From NCBI GenBank assembly GCA_947448695.1, contig CANFOL010000005.1, positions 69,410 to 101,409 on the forward strand: a stretch of DNA of 32,000 bases, in the 5' to 3' direction. Under the pieces are notes generated by a model. The model saw nothing but the letters and a program-made list of their open reading frames with translations, ran no database searches and had not been told where the DNA came from. Positions within the stretch are counted from its first letter, which is position 1; each line of letters begins with the position of its first letter. The stretch comes from Burkholderiaceae bacterium. GTDB taxonomy: Bacteria > Pseudomonadota > Gammaproteobacteria > Burkholderiales > Burkholderiaceae. Positions 19,084 through 27,829 of this stretch are shown piece after piece. The translations under genes were made by a program, and so were the position numbers.

Positions 19084-21575
19084 GTTTTAAGAATCATGTT
19101 GGGTGAGGCATCCAAAGTCTTTAACCTTAGCCATATAGTTGCCATACTGTTAATGACAACACCCAAGATCATACCAAGCCCAGTGAGCCAGATGGGGAAT
19201 GACATCTCAATTTCTAATATGTAGTTAGATAAATACCATCCAGCAAAGCTCGCAAAAAAACCACTTAAAGTACCCGCAATTCCGCCGCAGATAAATAACT
19301 CTAATAACCACACGCGTGAGAGATATTCTTGGCTTGCTCCTAAGGTTTTTAAAATAGCCACTTCATTCATTCGTTGCTCTTGAACGGAAAGTAGAGCGAT
19401 CATTAACACGACAAAACCTGCTAACAATGTAAATAAAAATAAAACTTGTATCGCAAAAATTAATTGCTTCAAGATATCTTGTGCTTGCTTAATCGATTCT
19501 TCTATATTGATCGAGGTGATATTAGGAAATCGATAGATAAGATCCATATCTACTCGCTGATCCGACTCTTGTCGAAAAGCCATGATCCAACTCTGTGGAG
19601 ATTCTTTCAATAATGCTGGGGGCATCATTGCAAAAAAATTAACTCTCATCGAATTCCAGTCCAGCTTGCGAACCGAGGTTATCTTTACTCGATAGGCTTG
19701 ACCAGCTACTTCAAAGGTTAAAAAATCTCCCAATTTTAGTTTTAAAGACTTCATCATCCCTGACTCCATCGATACTTGCAGGGAATCACTATTATCAAAC
19801 CAACTGCCAGAGATAACACGGTTTTTTACAGGTATCTTATCTGCATAGGATAAGTTGAACTCCCTGTCAACTAAACGCTGTGTGTTTTGATCTGCAAAAT
19901 CCGCACTCCGAATCTCTCGATCATTAATGGCCATTAATCTGCCACGAATCATCGGGTAAGAATCAAAATCTGGTCGACTTAATTGCTGAGTTAAGATGCC
20001 CTCTACAGCTTCTTTTTGATCTGGTAAAACATTCAAAATGAAGCGATTATTTGCATCAGGGGGAACACTGGTTTGCCATGCATCAAGTACATTGAAACGA
20101 ATTACTATCAATAACAGAATAGCCAACATGGCGATGCCTAGCGCAGTAATTTGGAAACTGACCCAAGTTGGATCGCCAGCTACGCGTTGTCCAGTAAATC
20201 GAATACCCGGTAAAGAAAATTGACGATGGCTCAAGAGCTTTCCAATCCATCGCGCAAATAGGTAAGCACTGCCTGCAAAAATAACACAAGCTCCTATAAA
20301 TCCACCAAGCACCATCAAGCTTAAACGCAAGTTATTGGCAATCCAAAATAATAAGAAAAAATAACTGGATACCCCTAAACCCAAGGTCAAAAGGTAATTA
20401 AATTTTAAATTAATGCTCTCTTTTCGTAAAACCATATTGGGCGAAACTTGCGTAAGCGCTAATAATGGCGGCAGTGCAAAACCTAGTAACAAAACACAAG
20501 CCACTAAGAGCCCCCATATTACAGGCCAAAATGTTGGGCTTGGCAAATCTTTGTCTAACAAATTTTGCATAACCCGAATTAGAACTTCTTGCAAACCAAA
20601 TCCAAATACAACTCCCAAAACTCCACCGCACAACATCAATAGAAAAAATAAGTAAAGATGAGTCTTTATAATCTGAAATCCAGAAGCTCCAAAACATTTT
20701 TTAACAACCGTAGAGATGATCTGCTTTTTTGCATATCGCCGACTTGCCAAAGATATGCCTACCGCTGCAATCATCCCAGTCAATAGCGCTACTAATGATA
20801 AGAAACGATTTGCCTGATCAATCGTTTTTCGGAGTAAGGGTTGACCACTTTCCAAATTCTCAATATTGACACCTCGAATCTTACGCTCATCAATGAATGA
20901 CTTTGCCCAAGTGCTAAATATTTTGATAGACGCATCACTTTGAAGGAGAGATTCATTTTCATTACCGGCAATTAATAAACGATAACTTGCGCGACTTCCC
21001 AGCCCAAGCAGTCGTGTTTGCAATAGGTCAGCCTGATGCATCATGACGCGGGGGGCAAAATTCATAAAGCCAGCACCTCGATCAGGTTCACGTTTAATCA
21101 AGTTACTAAAAATAAACTGCTTTTCACCCAAGGTAATTAAATCACCTATCTTTAATTGATAAATAGCAGCTAACTGTGGATCCAACCAAACCTGACCGGG
21201 CGCTATAGTTGAGTTTCGATACTCTAAAGTTAGATTCCCACGCAACGGATAACTTGATGAAACAGCTTTTAAGGAAACCAACTTACTCTCTTTTCCTACT
21301 TGCATCATGGTAGAGAAAACGGTGGTTTTAGCTACTCTAAGCCCTAATTCAATTGCCTTGTTTTCAAAAGCCTGATCCAACATTTGGTCGCCACGAACAA
21401 TCGTGTCAGCAGCAATCATTTCTCGGGCTTTTTGTGAAAAAGACTGCTGTAATCGATCGGACAAAAATGTTACGCTTGTGATTGCCGTGACAGATACGAC
21501 TAATGCAATCAATAGCCAGATAAATTCACTGGCTATTGCAAATCTTTTTTTAAATTCCAGCAAAACTTCCACCAT
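19080..21575 (-). CDS. ABC-transporter permease with two FtsX domains (YbbP/MacB-like), about 830 aa
   Basis: N-terminal TM, a large periplasmic domain and a 4-TM FtsX block, all duplicated, collinear with E. coli YbbP as I recall it. The ATG at 21573-21575 is preferred. It overlaps the upstream SDR by 26 nt. Confidence 0.85.
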   Translation of the reverse strand: MVEVLLEFKKRFAIASEFIWLLIALVVSVTAITSVTFLSDRLQQSFSQKAREMIAADTIVRGDQMLDQAFENKAIELGLRVAKTTVFSTMMQVGKESKLVSLKAVSSSYPLRGNLTLEYRNSTIAPGQVWLDPQLAAIYQLKIGDLITLGEKQFIFSNLIKREPDRGAGFMNFAPRVMMHQADLLQTRLLGLGSRASYRLLIAGNENESLLQSDASIKIFSTWAKSFIDERKIRGVNIENLESGQPLLRKTIDQANRFLSLVALLTGMIAAVGISLASRRYAKKQIISTVVKKCFGASGFQIIKTHLYLFFLLMLCGGVLGVVFGFGLQEVLIRVMQNLLDKDLPSPTFWPVIWGLLVACVLLLGFALPPLLALTQVSPNMVLRKESINLKFNYLLTLGLGVSSYFFLLFWIANNLRLSLMVLGGFIGACVIFAGSAYLFARWIGKLLSHRQFSLPGIRFTGQRVAGDPTWVSFQITALGIAMLAILLLIVIRFNVLDAWQTSVPPDANNRFILNVLPDQKEAVEGILTQQLSRPDFDSYPMIRGRLMAINDREIRSADFADQNTQRLVDREFNLSYADKIPVKNRVISGSWFDNSDSLQVSMESGMMKSLKLKLGDFLTFEVAGQAYRVKITSVRKLDWNSMRVNFFAMMPPALLKESPQSWIMAFRQESDQRVDMDLIYRFPNITSINIEESIKQAQDILKQLIFAIQVLFLFTLLAGFVVLMIALLSVQEQRMNEVAILKTLGASQEYLSRVWLLELFICGGIAGTLSGFFASFAGWYLSNYILEIEMSFPIWLTGLGMILGVVINSMATIWLRLKTLDASPNMILKT

Positions 21576-22335
21576 CAACCCGCAATGTTGTACCAGTAAT
21601 ATAAGAAGCTTTTTGACTTGCTAAAAAAGTTGCGGCATCAGCATATTCCTCTGGTGTACCATAACGTTTCATCGGAATCGAACTAACACTTTTTTTGGTG
21701 ATGTCTTCTAAAGACTTACTTTCATTGTTTGATCTTTGCTGATCAAGATACAAAATACGCTCTGTCAAGATTCTGCCGGGTAATATATTATTCACCGTAA
21801 TGCCTTCACCAGCAACTTCATTCGATAAAGTTTTCGTCCAACCATTTAACGCCAAACGCAAGGTATTCGAGATAGCTAAATTAGCAATTGGCGCGACCGT
21901 GCCTGAACTGGTTGTTGTAATAACTCGTCCCCATTGGCGCAACCGCATTCCTGGTAAAACACGATCGGTCACTTTCATAATCATTAAGACCATATGATTG
22001 AAGTTACTTTGCCAAGATTCAATCGATTGATTAAATGCCTGACTCATAGGAGGTCCGCCTGAGTTATTAATCAAAATATCCACGGGTCCAACGTCATTTT
22101 CAATTTGTGTAATTTTGGCATCAATCTGGTCAAGCTGATGTAAATCCCATGGCAATACATAAGCGTAACCACCGGCTGCCTTAATCTGTTTTGCAGTCTC
22201 TTCCAAAAGCTCAACGCTTCTGCCTGTAAGTACAACCCGAGCACCCTCTTTAGCAAGTGATATAGCAATTGCTTTACCAAGCCCCTTACTGGATGCCAAT
22301 ACAAGCGCAACTTTGTTTTGTATTCCTAAATCCAT
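21550..22335 (-). CDS. Short-chain dehydrogenase/reductase-fold protein, atypical (no YxxxK)
   Basis: 261 aa with a Rossmann N-terminus VALVLASSKGLGKAIA, NNSGG and C-terminal TLRVDGG. The usual Y-x3-K position reads SNTLR, and no Y-x3-K occurs anywhere in the protein. Confidence 0.8.
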   Translation of the reverse strand: MDLGIQNKVALVLASSKGLGKAIAISLAKEGARVVLTGRSVELLEETAKQIKAAGGYAYVLPWDLHQLDQIDAKITQIENDVGPVDILINNSGGPPMSQAFNQSIESWQSNFNHMVLMIMKVTDRVLPGMRLRQWGRVITTTSSGTVAPIANLAISNTLRLALNGWTKTLSNEVAGEGITVNNILPGRILTERILYLDQQRSNNESKSLEDITKKSVSSIPMKRYGTPEEYADAATFLASQKASYITGTTLRVDGGSFAGI

Positions 22336-22356
22336 ATTTTTCTCCTTTTAACTTTT

Positions 22357-24249
22357 TTAATTAGCCATTAATTCTTCCCATTTTGACATGAGATGATCCA
22401 GTCGATTTTGGACGGTTAGAGCCCGCTCTTGCAAGTCCTTTGCAAACTCAGCCCGTTCTGTATAAATTTGAGCGTGACTAAGTTGTTCAGTAATGCTTAT
22501 TTGCTCTTGTTCTAATAACTCGATTTCAGTCGTGATTTTATCTAATTCAATTTTTTGATATTTATTGTTTGATTTTTTTAAGGCAACCGGCTCTTCTTTA
22601 GCTTTTACTGGCTTGGGGGCTTTATCCTCTTCAACAATTAAATTTTTTTGCAAATCTAACCGACGTTGATTCTGAATTTTCCAATCCTCAAATCCACCCT
22701 CATACTCGCGCCACTTCCCATCACCCTCAAAGGCAATCATACTGGTCACAACGTTATCCAAAAATTGACGGTCATGACTAACTAAAAAAACGGTGCCTTT
22801 GTAGTCTTGTAAAAATTCTTCTAATAAATCTAAAGTGTCAATATCTAAATCATTCGTTGGTTCATCTAAGACTAATACATTGGCAGGCTTTGCAAAAAGG
22901 CGCGCCAACAATAAGCGATTGCGCTCACCACCCGATAAAGTTTTTATCGGTGATCTTGCACGTTGTGGAGAAAATAAAAAATCATTGAGGTAGCTTTTGA
23001 CATGCTTACGCTGCCCGCCAATTTCGACCCACTCACTTCCTGGACTAATGAAGTCCTCTAAAGTAGCTTCTAAATCTAATGATTCTCTAAGCTGATCAAA
23101 ATAAGCAATTTCAATCATACTTCCCTGCTTGACTTCTCCTTGATTGGGTTGCAATTCTCCGAGAATAATTTTCAATAAGGTTGATTTACCCGCCCCATTA
23201 GGCCCCAAAAGTCCAACTTTATCCCCTCTTAAAATTGTTCCAGTAAAGTCTTTCACAATGTGTTTATCACCATAAGCTAAAGACACATTTTCCAGTGCAG
23301 CAACAATTTTTCCGGTTTTTTGGCCAGAATGAATGTCTAATTTAACTTGGCCAACTAATTCTCTTCGTTGAGATCTCTGTTCACGCAAATGCTCTAATCT
23401 TGAGATTCGACTAACGCTTCGCGTTCTTCTTGCTTCTACTCCTTGACGAATCCAAGCCTCTTCTTGTGCCAATAACTTGTCCGCTCTAGCATTTGCTAAG
23501 GACTCATCCATCAACTGCCGCTCTTTTAATCCTAAATAAGATTGAAAATTCCCGGGATAACTACGAATAATCCCGCGGTCTAATTCAATAATACGTGTTG
23601 CTACACGATCTAAAAATGCCCTATCATGGGTGATAAAAACTAAGGATCGATTCATTTCAATTAGAAGTTGCTCAAGCCATTCAATCGAATCCATATCTAA
23701 ATGGTTCGTCGGCTCATCTAAAAGTAAGACATCGGGTTGGGTTACCAACGCCTGCGCTAGGGCCACTCTTTTTTTATTTCCCCCAGATAATTCAGACATC
23801 AAACGTGAACCGTCTAAATGTAATTGATGTAATACCTCATCAATTTTCTGCTCCCATGCCCAGCCTTGATTGGCGTCAATCAGCCCGTATAACTGATCCA
23901 TACGATGTTGTACATCATCGGTCCATTCCTGCATACTCAACGCTTCATATTCTTCCCGAAAATTTCTGATTTCTTCAAGGCCTTTTGCTACGGTATCAAA
24001 AACACTATCCGTTGAAAGAAAGATTGGCTCCTGAGCCACATATGCGATTTTTATGCCCTGTTGCTTTTGTATAAGTCCTGAATCTGGCTTTTCTAATTCG
24101 GCGATAATCTTTAAAAATGACGACTTTCCGGCACCATTTCTTCCAATTAACCCTACTCTCTCGCCCTCCTCCAAAGAAAATGAAGTATTTGCAAGTAAAT
24201 CCACATGCCCATAAGCAAGCTGAGCATCACTAATAACGAATAAAGCCAT
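22357..24249 (-). CDS. uup: ABC-F family ATPase (Uup-like)
   Basis: 630 aa with two ABC cassettes (GRNGAGKS/LSGGNKKR and GPNGAGKS/LSGGERNR), no TM segments and a charged coiled-coil C-terminus. Confidence 0.9.
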   Translation of the reverse strand: MALFVISDAQLAYGHVDLLANTSFSLEEGERVGLIGRNGAGKSSFLKIIAELEKPDSGLIQKQQGIKIAYVAQEPIFLSTDSVFDTVAKGLEEIRNFREEYEALSMQEWTDDVQHRMDQLYGLIDANQGWAWEQKIDEVLHQLHLDGSRLMSELSGGNKKRVALAQALVTQPDVLLLDEPTNHLDMDSIEWLEQLLIEMNRSLVFITHDRAFLDRVATRIIELDRGIIRSYPGNFQSYLGLKERQLMDESLANARADKLLAQEEAWIRQGVEARRTRSVSRISRLEHLREQRSQRRELVGQVKLDIHSGQKTGKIVAALENVSLAYGDKHIVKDFTGTILRGDKVGLLGPNGAGKSTLLKIILGELQPNQGEVKQGSMIEIAYFDQLRESLDLEATLEDFISPGSEWVEIGGQRKHVKSYLNDFLFSPQRARSPIKTLSGGERNRLLLARLFAKPANVLVLDEPTNDLDIDTLDLLEEFLQDYKGTVFLVSHDRQFLDNVVTSMIAFEGDGKWREYEGGFEDWKIQNQRRLDLQKNLIVEEDKAPKPVKAKEEPVALKKSNNKYQKIELDKITTEIELLEQEQISITEQLSHAQIYTERAEFAKDLQERALTVQNRLDHLMSKWEELMAN

Positions 24250-24275
24250 GAAGAGTAAACAATCTAGTTAGATGA

Positions 24276-24299
24276 AGACAAATCAAGCCAGATTTGTCT
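24276..24299. repeat. Perfect 9-6-9 inverted repeat in the uup/rluF-like divergent spacer
   Basis: agacaaatc-aagcca-gatttgtct. It could be a dimeric-regulator operator or a 5'-UTR hairpin. Confidence 0.5.
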
Positions 24300-24304
24300 G
24301 AAGT

Positions 24305-25084
24305 GTGTATTTTAAGCCGAACTTGTGTCGATTGCTTGATAATAGAGGTGTGGAAAAAATACGAATATCTAAATTACTCTCTGAACAAGGTCTTTGCTCT
24401 CGAAGAGAAGCAGACCTGTATATCGAACAAGGTCTTGTCACGGTTGATGGAGAAGTAGTGACCGAACTGGGCTCAAGAGCTTTTCCCCATCAAAAAATTG
24501 AACTTAAAAAAGAAGCTAAATTAGCTCAAGAGGCAAGAATTACGATTCTTTTGAATAAACCGGTAGGTTTTATTTCTCATTTAGATGAAGATAAAGAATA
24601 TGAACCTGCTGTTTCTTTAATTACTCCTGACCGTTTCTTTAGAACTCATCTTGATGCCAACAAGAACGCAAAAGTCAATACTCGAGGATTGGCTCCAGCT
24701 GGAAGATTAGATATTGATTCCACTGGTCTCTTAATTCTTACTCAAGATGGGCGAATTGCCAAACAAATTATCGGGGAACACAGTAATATCGAAAAAGAAT
24801 ATTTGGTTCGTGTTGAAGGCTCAATCGACCATACGGGTCTTGCCACACTGCGTCATGGCCTCTCTTTAGATGGCGTAGAACTACAACCAGCAAAAGTCAG
24901 CTGGCAAAATGAAAATCAATTACGGTTTGTTTTGCGTGAGGGTCGAAAACGTCAAATCCGCCGCATGTGCGAGATGGTCGGCTTGCATGTAACGGGATTA
25001 AAAAGAATTCGGATTGGTCAAATCACCCTCGGTAATTTACCCTTAGGGCAATGGCGCTTTCTTCGCCAAAATGAGAAATTTTAG
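24305..25084 (+). CDS. rluF: RsuA/RluF-family rRNA pseudouridine synthase with S4 domain
   Basis: S4 domain ISKLLSEQGLCSRREADLYIEQGLVTVDG, catalytic GRLDIDSTGLLILTQDG, plus KEYLVRVEG and GRKRQIRRMCE. The start is uncertain: GTG 24305, TTG 24332 or GTG 24350 are in frame, and the later ones fit family length better. Confidence 0.85.
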   Translation: MYFKPNLCRLLDNRGVEKIRISKLLSEQGLCSRREADLYIEQGLVTVDGEVVTELGSRAFPHQKIELKKEAKLAQEARITILLNKPVGFISHLDEDKEYEPAVSLITPDRFFRTHLDANKNAKVNTRGLAPAGRLDIDSTGLLILTQDGRIAKQIIGEHSNIEKEYLVRVEGSIDHTGLATLRHGLSLDGVELQPAKVSWQNENQLRFVLREGRKRQIRRMCEMVGLHVTGLKRIRIGQITLGNLPLGQWRFLRQNEKF

Positions 25085-25098
25085 TAAGGGCTTAGATC

Positions 25099-25854
25099 TT
25101 GTTTTTAAATATCTCTACCTATCGCTTTTGTGAGCTTTCCAATCTGGAAACTCTTCGCGAGCAACTTCTGGAACAGTGCCTACAAAAAGAATTAAAAGGT
25201 ACGATTTTGCTTGCCCCTGAGGGAATCAATATGTTTTTAGCAGGAACTGAGGGCCATATTCGCGATTTCTTTGCCTGGCTCAATCAATTCCCTGAGTTGA
25301 CTGACATTATCACGAAGGATAGCTGGTCAGATTATCAACCCTTTAAAAAAATGCTGGTCAAGGTCAAAGATGAAATCATACGTATGAATCATCCCACCAT
25401 ACAAGCGCATAAAAAAAGAGCCCCGAGTGTTAGCGCAAAAAAACTCAAGGAGTGGCTATCTCAGGGTTGTGATGATGATGGTAAACCCATTGTTCTGCTA
25501 GATACCAGAAATGCCTTTGAAGTGGAATATGGCACTTTTACGAATGCAATGCACTTTAATATTGAAAAATTTAGTGATTTCCCTCAAGCACTTTCCCAAG
25601 AAATGACTCAACTGAAAGATAAAACCGTTGTCAGTTTCTGTACGGGTGGTATTCGCTGTGAAAAAGCCAATTTATTCATGCAAGAAGTTGGACTTGATAA
25701 CACGGTTCAACTCGATGGCGGAATCTTAAAATATTTCGAGGAAGTCGGTCATGATTTTTACGAGGGTGGATGCTTTGTTTTTGATGATCGCATCGCTCTT
25801 GATCCAGAACTTGCAGAGCACCCTTTAGAGAATGCTCCGCGTCGTAATCACTGA
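25099..25854 (+). CDS. trhO: Rhodanese-domain protein of the UPF0176/TrhO family (tRNA U34 hydroxylase-like)
   Basis: 251 aa with ISTYRF N-terminus and the rhodanese active-site loop CTGGIRCEKA. TTG start with AAGGG 8 nt upstream. It lacks the Cys-rich C-terminal extension of E. coli YceA. Confidence 0.82.
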   Translation: MFLNISTYRFCELSNLETLREQLLEQCLQKELKGTILLAPEGINMFLAGTEGHIRDFFAWLNQFPELTDIITKDSWSDYQPFKKMLVKVKDEIIRMNHPTIQAHKKRAPSVSAKKLKEWLSQGCDDDGKPIVLLDTRNAFEVEYGTFTNAMHFNIEKFSDFPQALSQEMTQLKDKTVVSFCTGGIRCEKANLFMQEVGLDNTVQLDGGILKYFEEVGHDFYEGGCFVFDDRIALDPELAEHPLENAPRRNH

Positions 25855-26144
25855 GTCAATAATTGAAAATGTTCTACTGCAGGTGGGGCGGCAAAGTATG
25901 GCGATACAATCTCACGCCATTTTGCAAAAGCTGGAGAATTTCTAAAGTCAACGACGTGATTGTCTAAAGTTTCCCATTCAATCATCAGTAAATATCTCTG
26001 AGGGTTTTCAATCCCCTTTTGAATTTTGAAATTTCTGAATCCAATTGCCCCAGAAATAACCTCTCTTACACCTCGTTCGATAGCAGCATCAAACTCAGCA
26101 TTCTTGCCCGCTTGTATAGTAATATCCGCAACTTCTAAAATCAT
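25848..26144 (-). CDS. ABM-domain (antibiotic-biosynthesis-monooxygenase-like) protein
   Basis: 98 aa with the ferredoxin-like dimeric alpha/beta-barrel pattern (GFRNFKIQKGIENPQRYLLMIEWETLDNH). AAGGGG Shine-Dalgarno. Confidence 0.7.
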   Translation of the reverse strand: MILEVADITIQAGKNAEFDAAIERGVREVISGAIGFRNFKIQKGIENPQRYLLMIEWETLDNHVVDFRNSPAFAKWREIVSPYFAAPPAVEHFQLLTQ

Positions 26145-26154
26145 GTGCTTCCCC

Positions 26155-26679
26155 TTAACCTATTTTTTTAAGATTCTTTTTATATGAACTTGCACGTTCA
26201 ATATAATGCTCTGCGCTAGACTGAAGACGCGTAACATTTTCCGGAGTCAACTCTCTTGCTACTTTAGCTGGAGCTCCAATGATTAAAGATCCAGCAGGGA
26301 ACTCTTTTCCTTCTGTCACAACGGCGCCAGCACCTACTAGGCAATTTTTACCAATCACGGCATTATTGAGAACAACTGCTTGAATGCCGATTAAAGCTCC
26401 ATCTTCAATGGTACATCCATGTAACATCACTTGATGCCCTACTGTGACGTTATTGCCAATCTTTAATGGGCAACCAGCATCAATGTGCAACACAGTCCCC
26501 TCCTGAATACTCGTGCCAGCTCCAATCGTAATTGCATCGTTATCGCCGCGTATCACTACTCCAGGCCATACTGAAGAAAACGCGCCAATCGTTACATTAC
26601 CTATGATCGTAGCTTCTGGAGAAATATACGCATCCTCATGAATGTTTGGAACTAAATCACCTAATTGATAAATTGCCAT
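26155..26679 (-). CDS. Gamma-class carbonic anhydrase-like / left-handed beta-helix (hexapeptide) protein
   Basis: 174 aa with hexapeptide repeats and conserved His ligands (VLHIDAG..., GHQVMLHGCTI), YrdA/PaaY-like. Confidence 0.85.
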   Translation of the reverse strand: MAIYQLGDLVPNIHEDAYISPEATIIGNVTIGAFSSVWPGVVIRGDNDAITIGAGTSIQEGTVLHIDAGCPLKIGNNVTVGHQVMLHGCTIEDGALIGIQAVVLNNAVIGKNCLVGAGAVVTEGKEFPAGSLIIGAPAKVARELTPENVTRLQSSAEHYIERASSYKKNLKKIG

Positions 26680-26688
26680 GTAATCCTC

Positions 26689-27066
26689 TTATTTAAAAAG
26701 TTGATAGGTATAAATACCCAAAAATGTCATTACTAATGAGCCTATAACGTGAACCATTACAGTCGTTAGCGCGGTACCTAACTGCCCTTGCCCAATCATG
26801 TCAGCAACTTCTGCTGAAAATGAAGAAAAGGTAGTTAAGCCGCCCAAAAATCCAGTAATGATCAATAAACGCCATTGGGGTGATAATTCAGCATGTACGG
26901 AAAAATACGCTATTGCAATACCAATCAGATAGCCCCCAAGAAGATTTGCTGCTATCGTTCCAATGGAAATCGCAACAGACAATGAATCTAACAATAACCC
27001 CAATGACCATCTGAGTATGGCGCCAACAGATGCCCCAAGACTAATTGCTAATATAGAATTAAACAT
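26689..27066 (-). CDS. crcB: Fluoride ion channel CrcB/FluC
   Basis: 125 aa with 4 TM segments and the signature GFLGGLTTFSSFS. Confidence 0.92.
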   Translation of the reverse strand: MFNSILAISLGASVGAILRWSLGLLLDSLSVAISIGTIAANLLGGYLIGIAIAYFSVHAELSPQWRLLIITGFLGGLTTFSSFSAEVADMIGQGQLGTALTTVMVHVIGSLVMTFLGIYTYQLFK

Positions 27067-27253
27067 GGGTTGCTCTCGTCTTTGGCAATATGTTTAAATC
27101 GAAGTTATGAATTAAGATAGTCATCATTGATTTAGAAAATAGCTTATTTGCGTGCTCGGTTTAACCAGTGTTTTAGTTATTGTAAACAACTCGATGCGGT
27201 ATTTGAGATTTCATTCCCAAACTTTAAAAATCAACCTGTATTATCCTTTTAAG

Positions 27254-27829
27254 ATGAATAAAAATATTTGTGTTTTTTGTGGTTCAAGACCTGGATTAGA
27301 TCCAAATTTTGCAAAGTGGGCTTATACCTTAGGCTCTCAAATTGCAAATAATAATCAGGTACTTGTCTTCGGCGGAGGTGGCAGCGGTCTCATGGGAATT
27401 CTTGCCCAAGGTGCTCTAGACGCAAATGGTCAAGTGATTGGTATTATTCCAAAGCAATTGCAAATTCAAGAAGCTTTAGTGGAACATCTGAGTAAAGTCC
27501 ACTTCGTCCAAACGATGGGTGAGCGGAAGCATCTCATGGATCAATACGCGGATGCTTATGTCATTATTCCGGGTGGAGTCGGCACTTTAGACGAATTGTT
27601 CGATGTTTGGGCGACTGCACAAACTGGATTTCATGCAAAGCCGATCATTCTTGCCAATTGGTCGGGATATTACGATGGCTTATTAAGCTTTCTCCACCAA
27701 TGCATCGAAAATGGTTTCATGTCAAAGTCGCATTTTGAAAAAATACACGTTGTCAATTCACCAGAAGAGCTGTTGCAAGCAATTTCCTCCGACCTAAAGA
27801 AGGCTCAGAGCGCAGGCATAACCACTTGA
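27254..27829 (+). CDS. LOG-family (TIGR00730) nucleotide phosphoribohydrolase
   Basis: 191 aa from the ATG at 27254 (MNKNICVFCGS...), with GGGGSGLMG and PGGVGTLDELF motifs. The track start at 27152 adds 34 residues that are not family-like. Confidence 0.88.
   Translation: MNKNICVFCGSRPGLDPNFAKWAYTLGSQIANNNQVLVFGGGGSGLMGILAQGALDANGQVIGIIPKQLQIQEALVEHLSKVHFVQTMGERKHLMDQYADAYVIIPGGVGTLDELFDVWATAQTGFHAKPIILANWSGYYDGLLSFLHQCIENGFMSKSHFEKIHVVNSPEELLQAISSDLKKAQSAGITT

Noticed and set aside
27067-27253. Possible fluoride (crcB-motif) riboswitch upstream of crcB
   Set aside because: The minus-strand reading shows only a loose match to the 3' GAUGAUG segment (AATGATGACTATC). There is no GGnGAUGG 5' stem or loop and no sequence able to form the conserved pseudoknot. 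The spacing to the putative P3 is also wrong. It needs cmscan to be definitive, so I do not report it as a feature.
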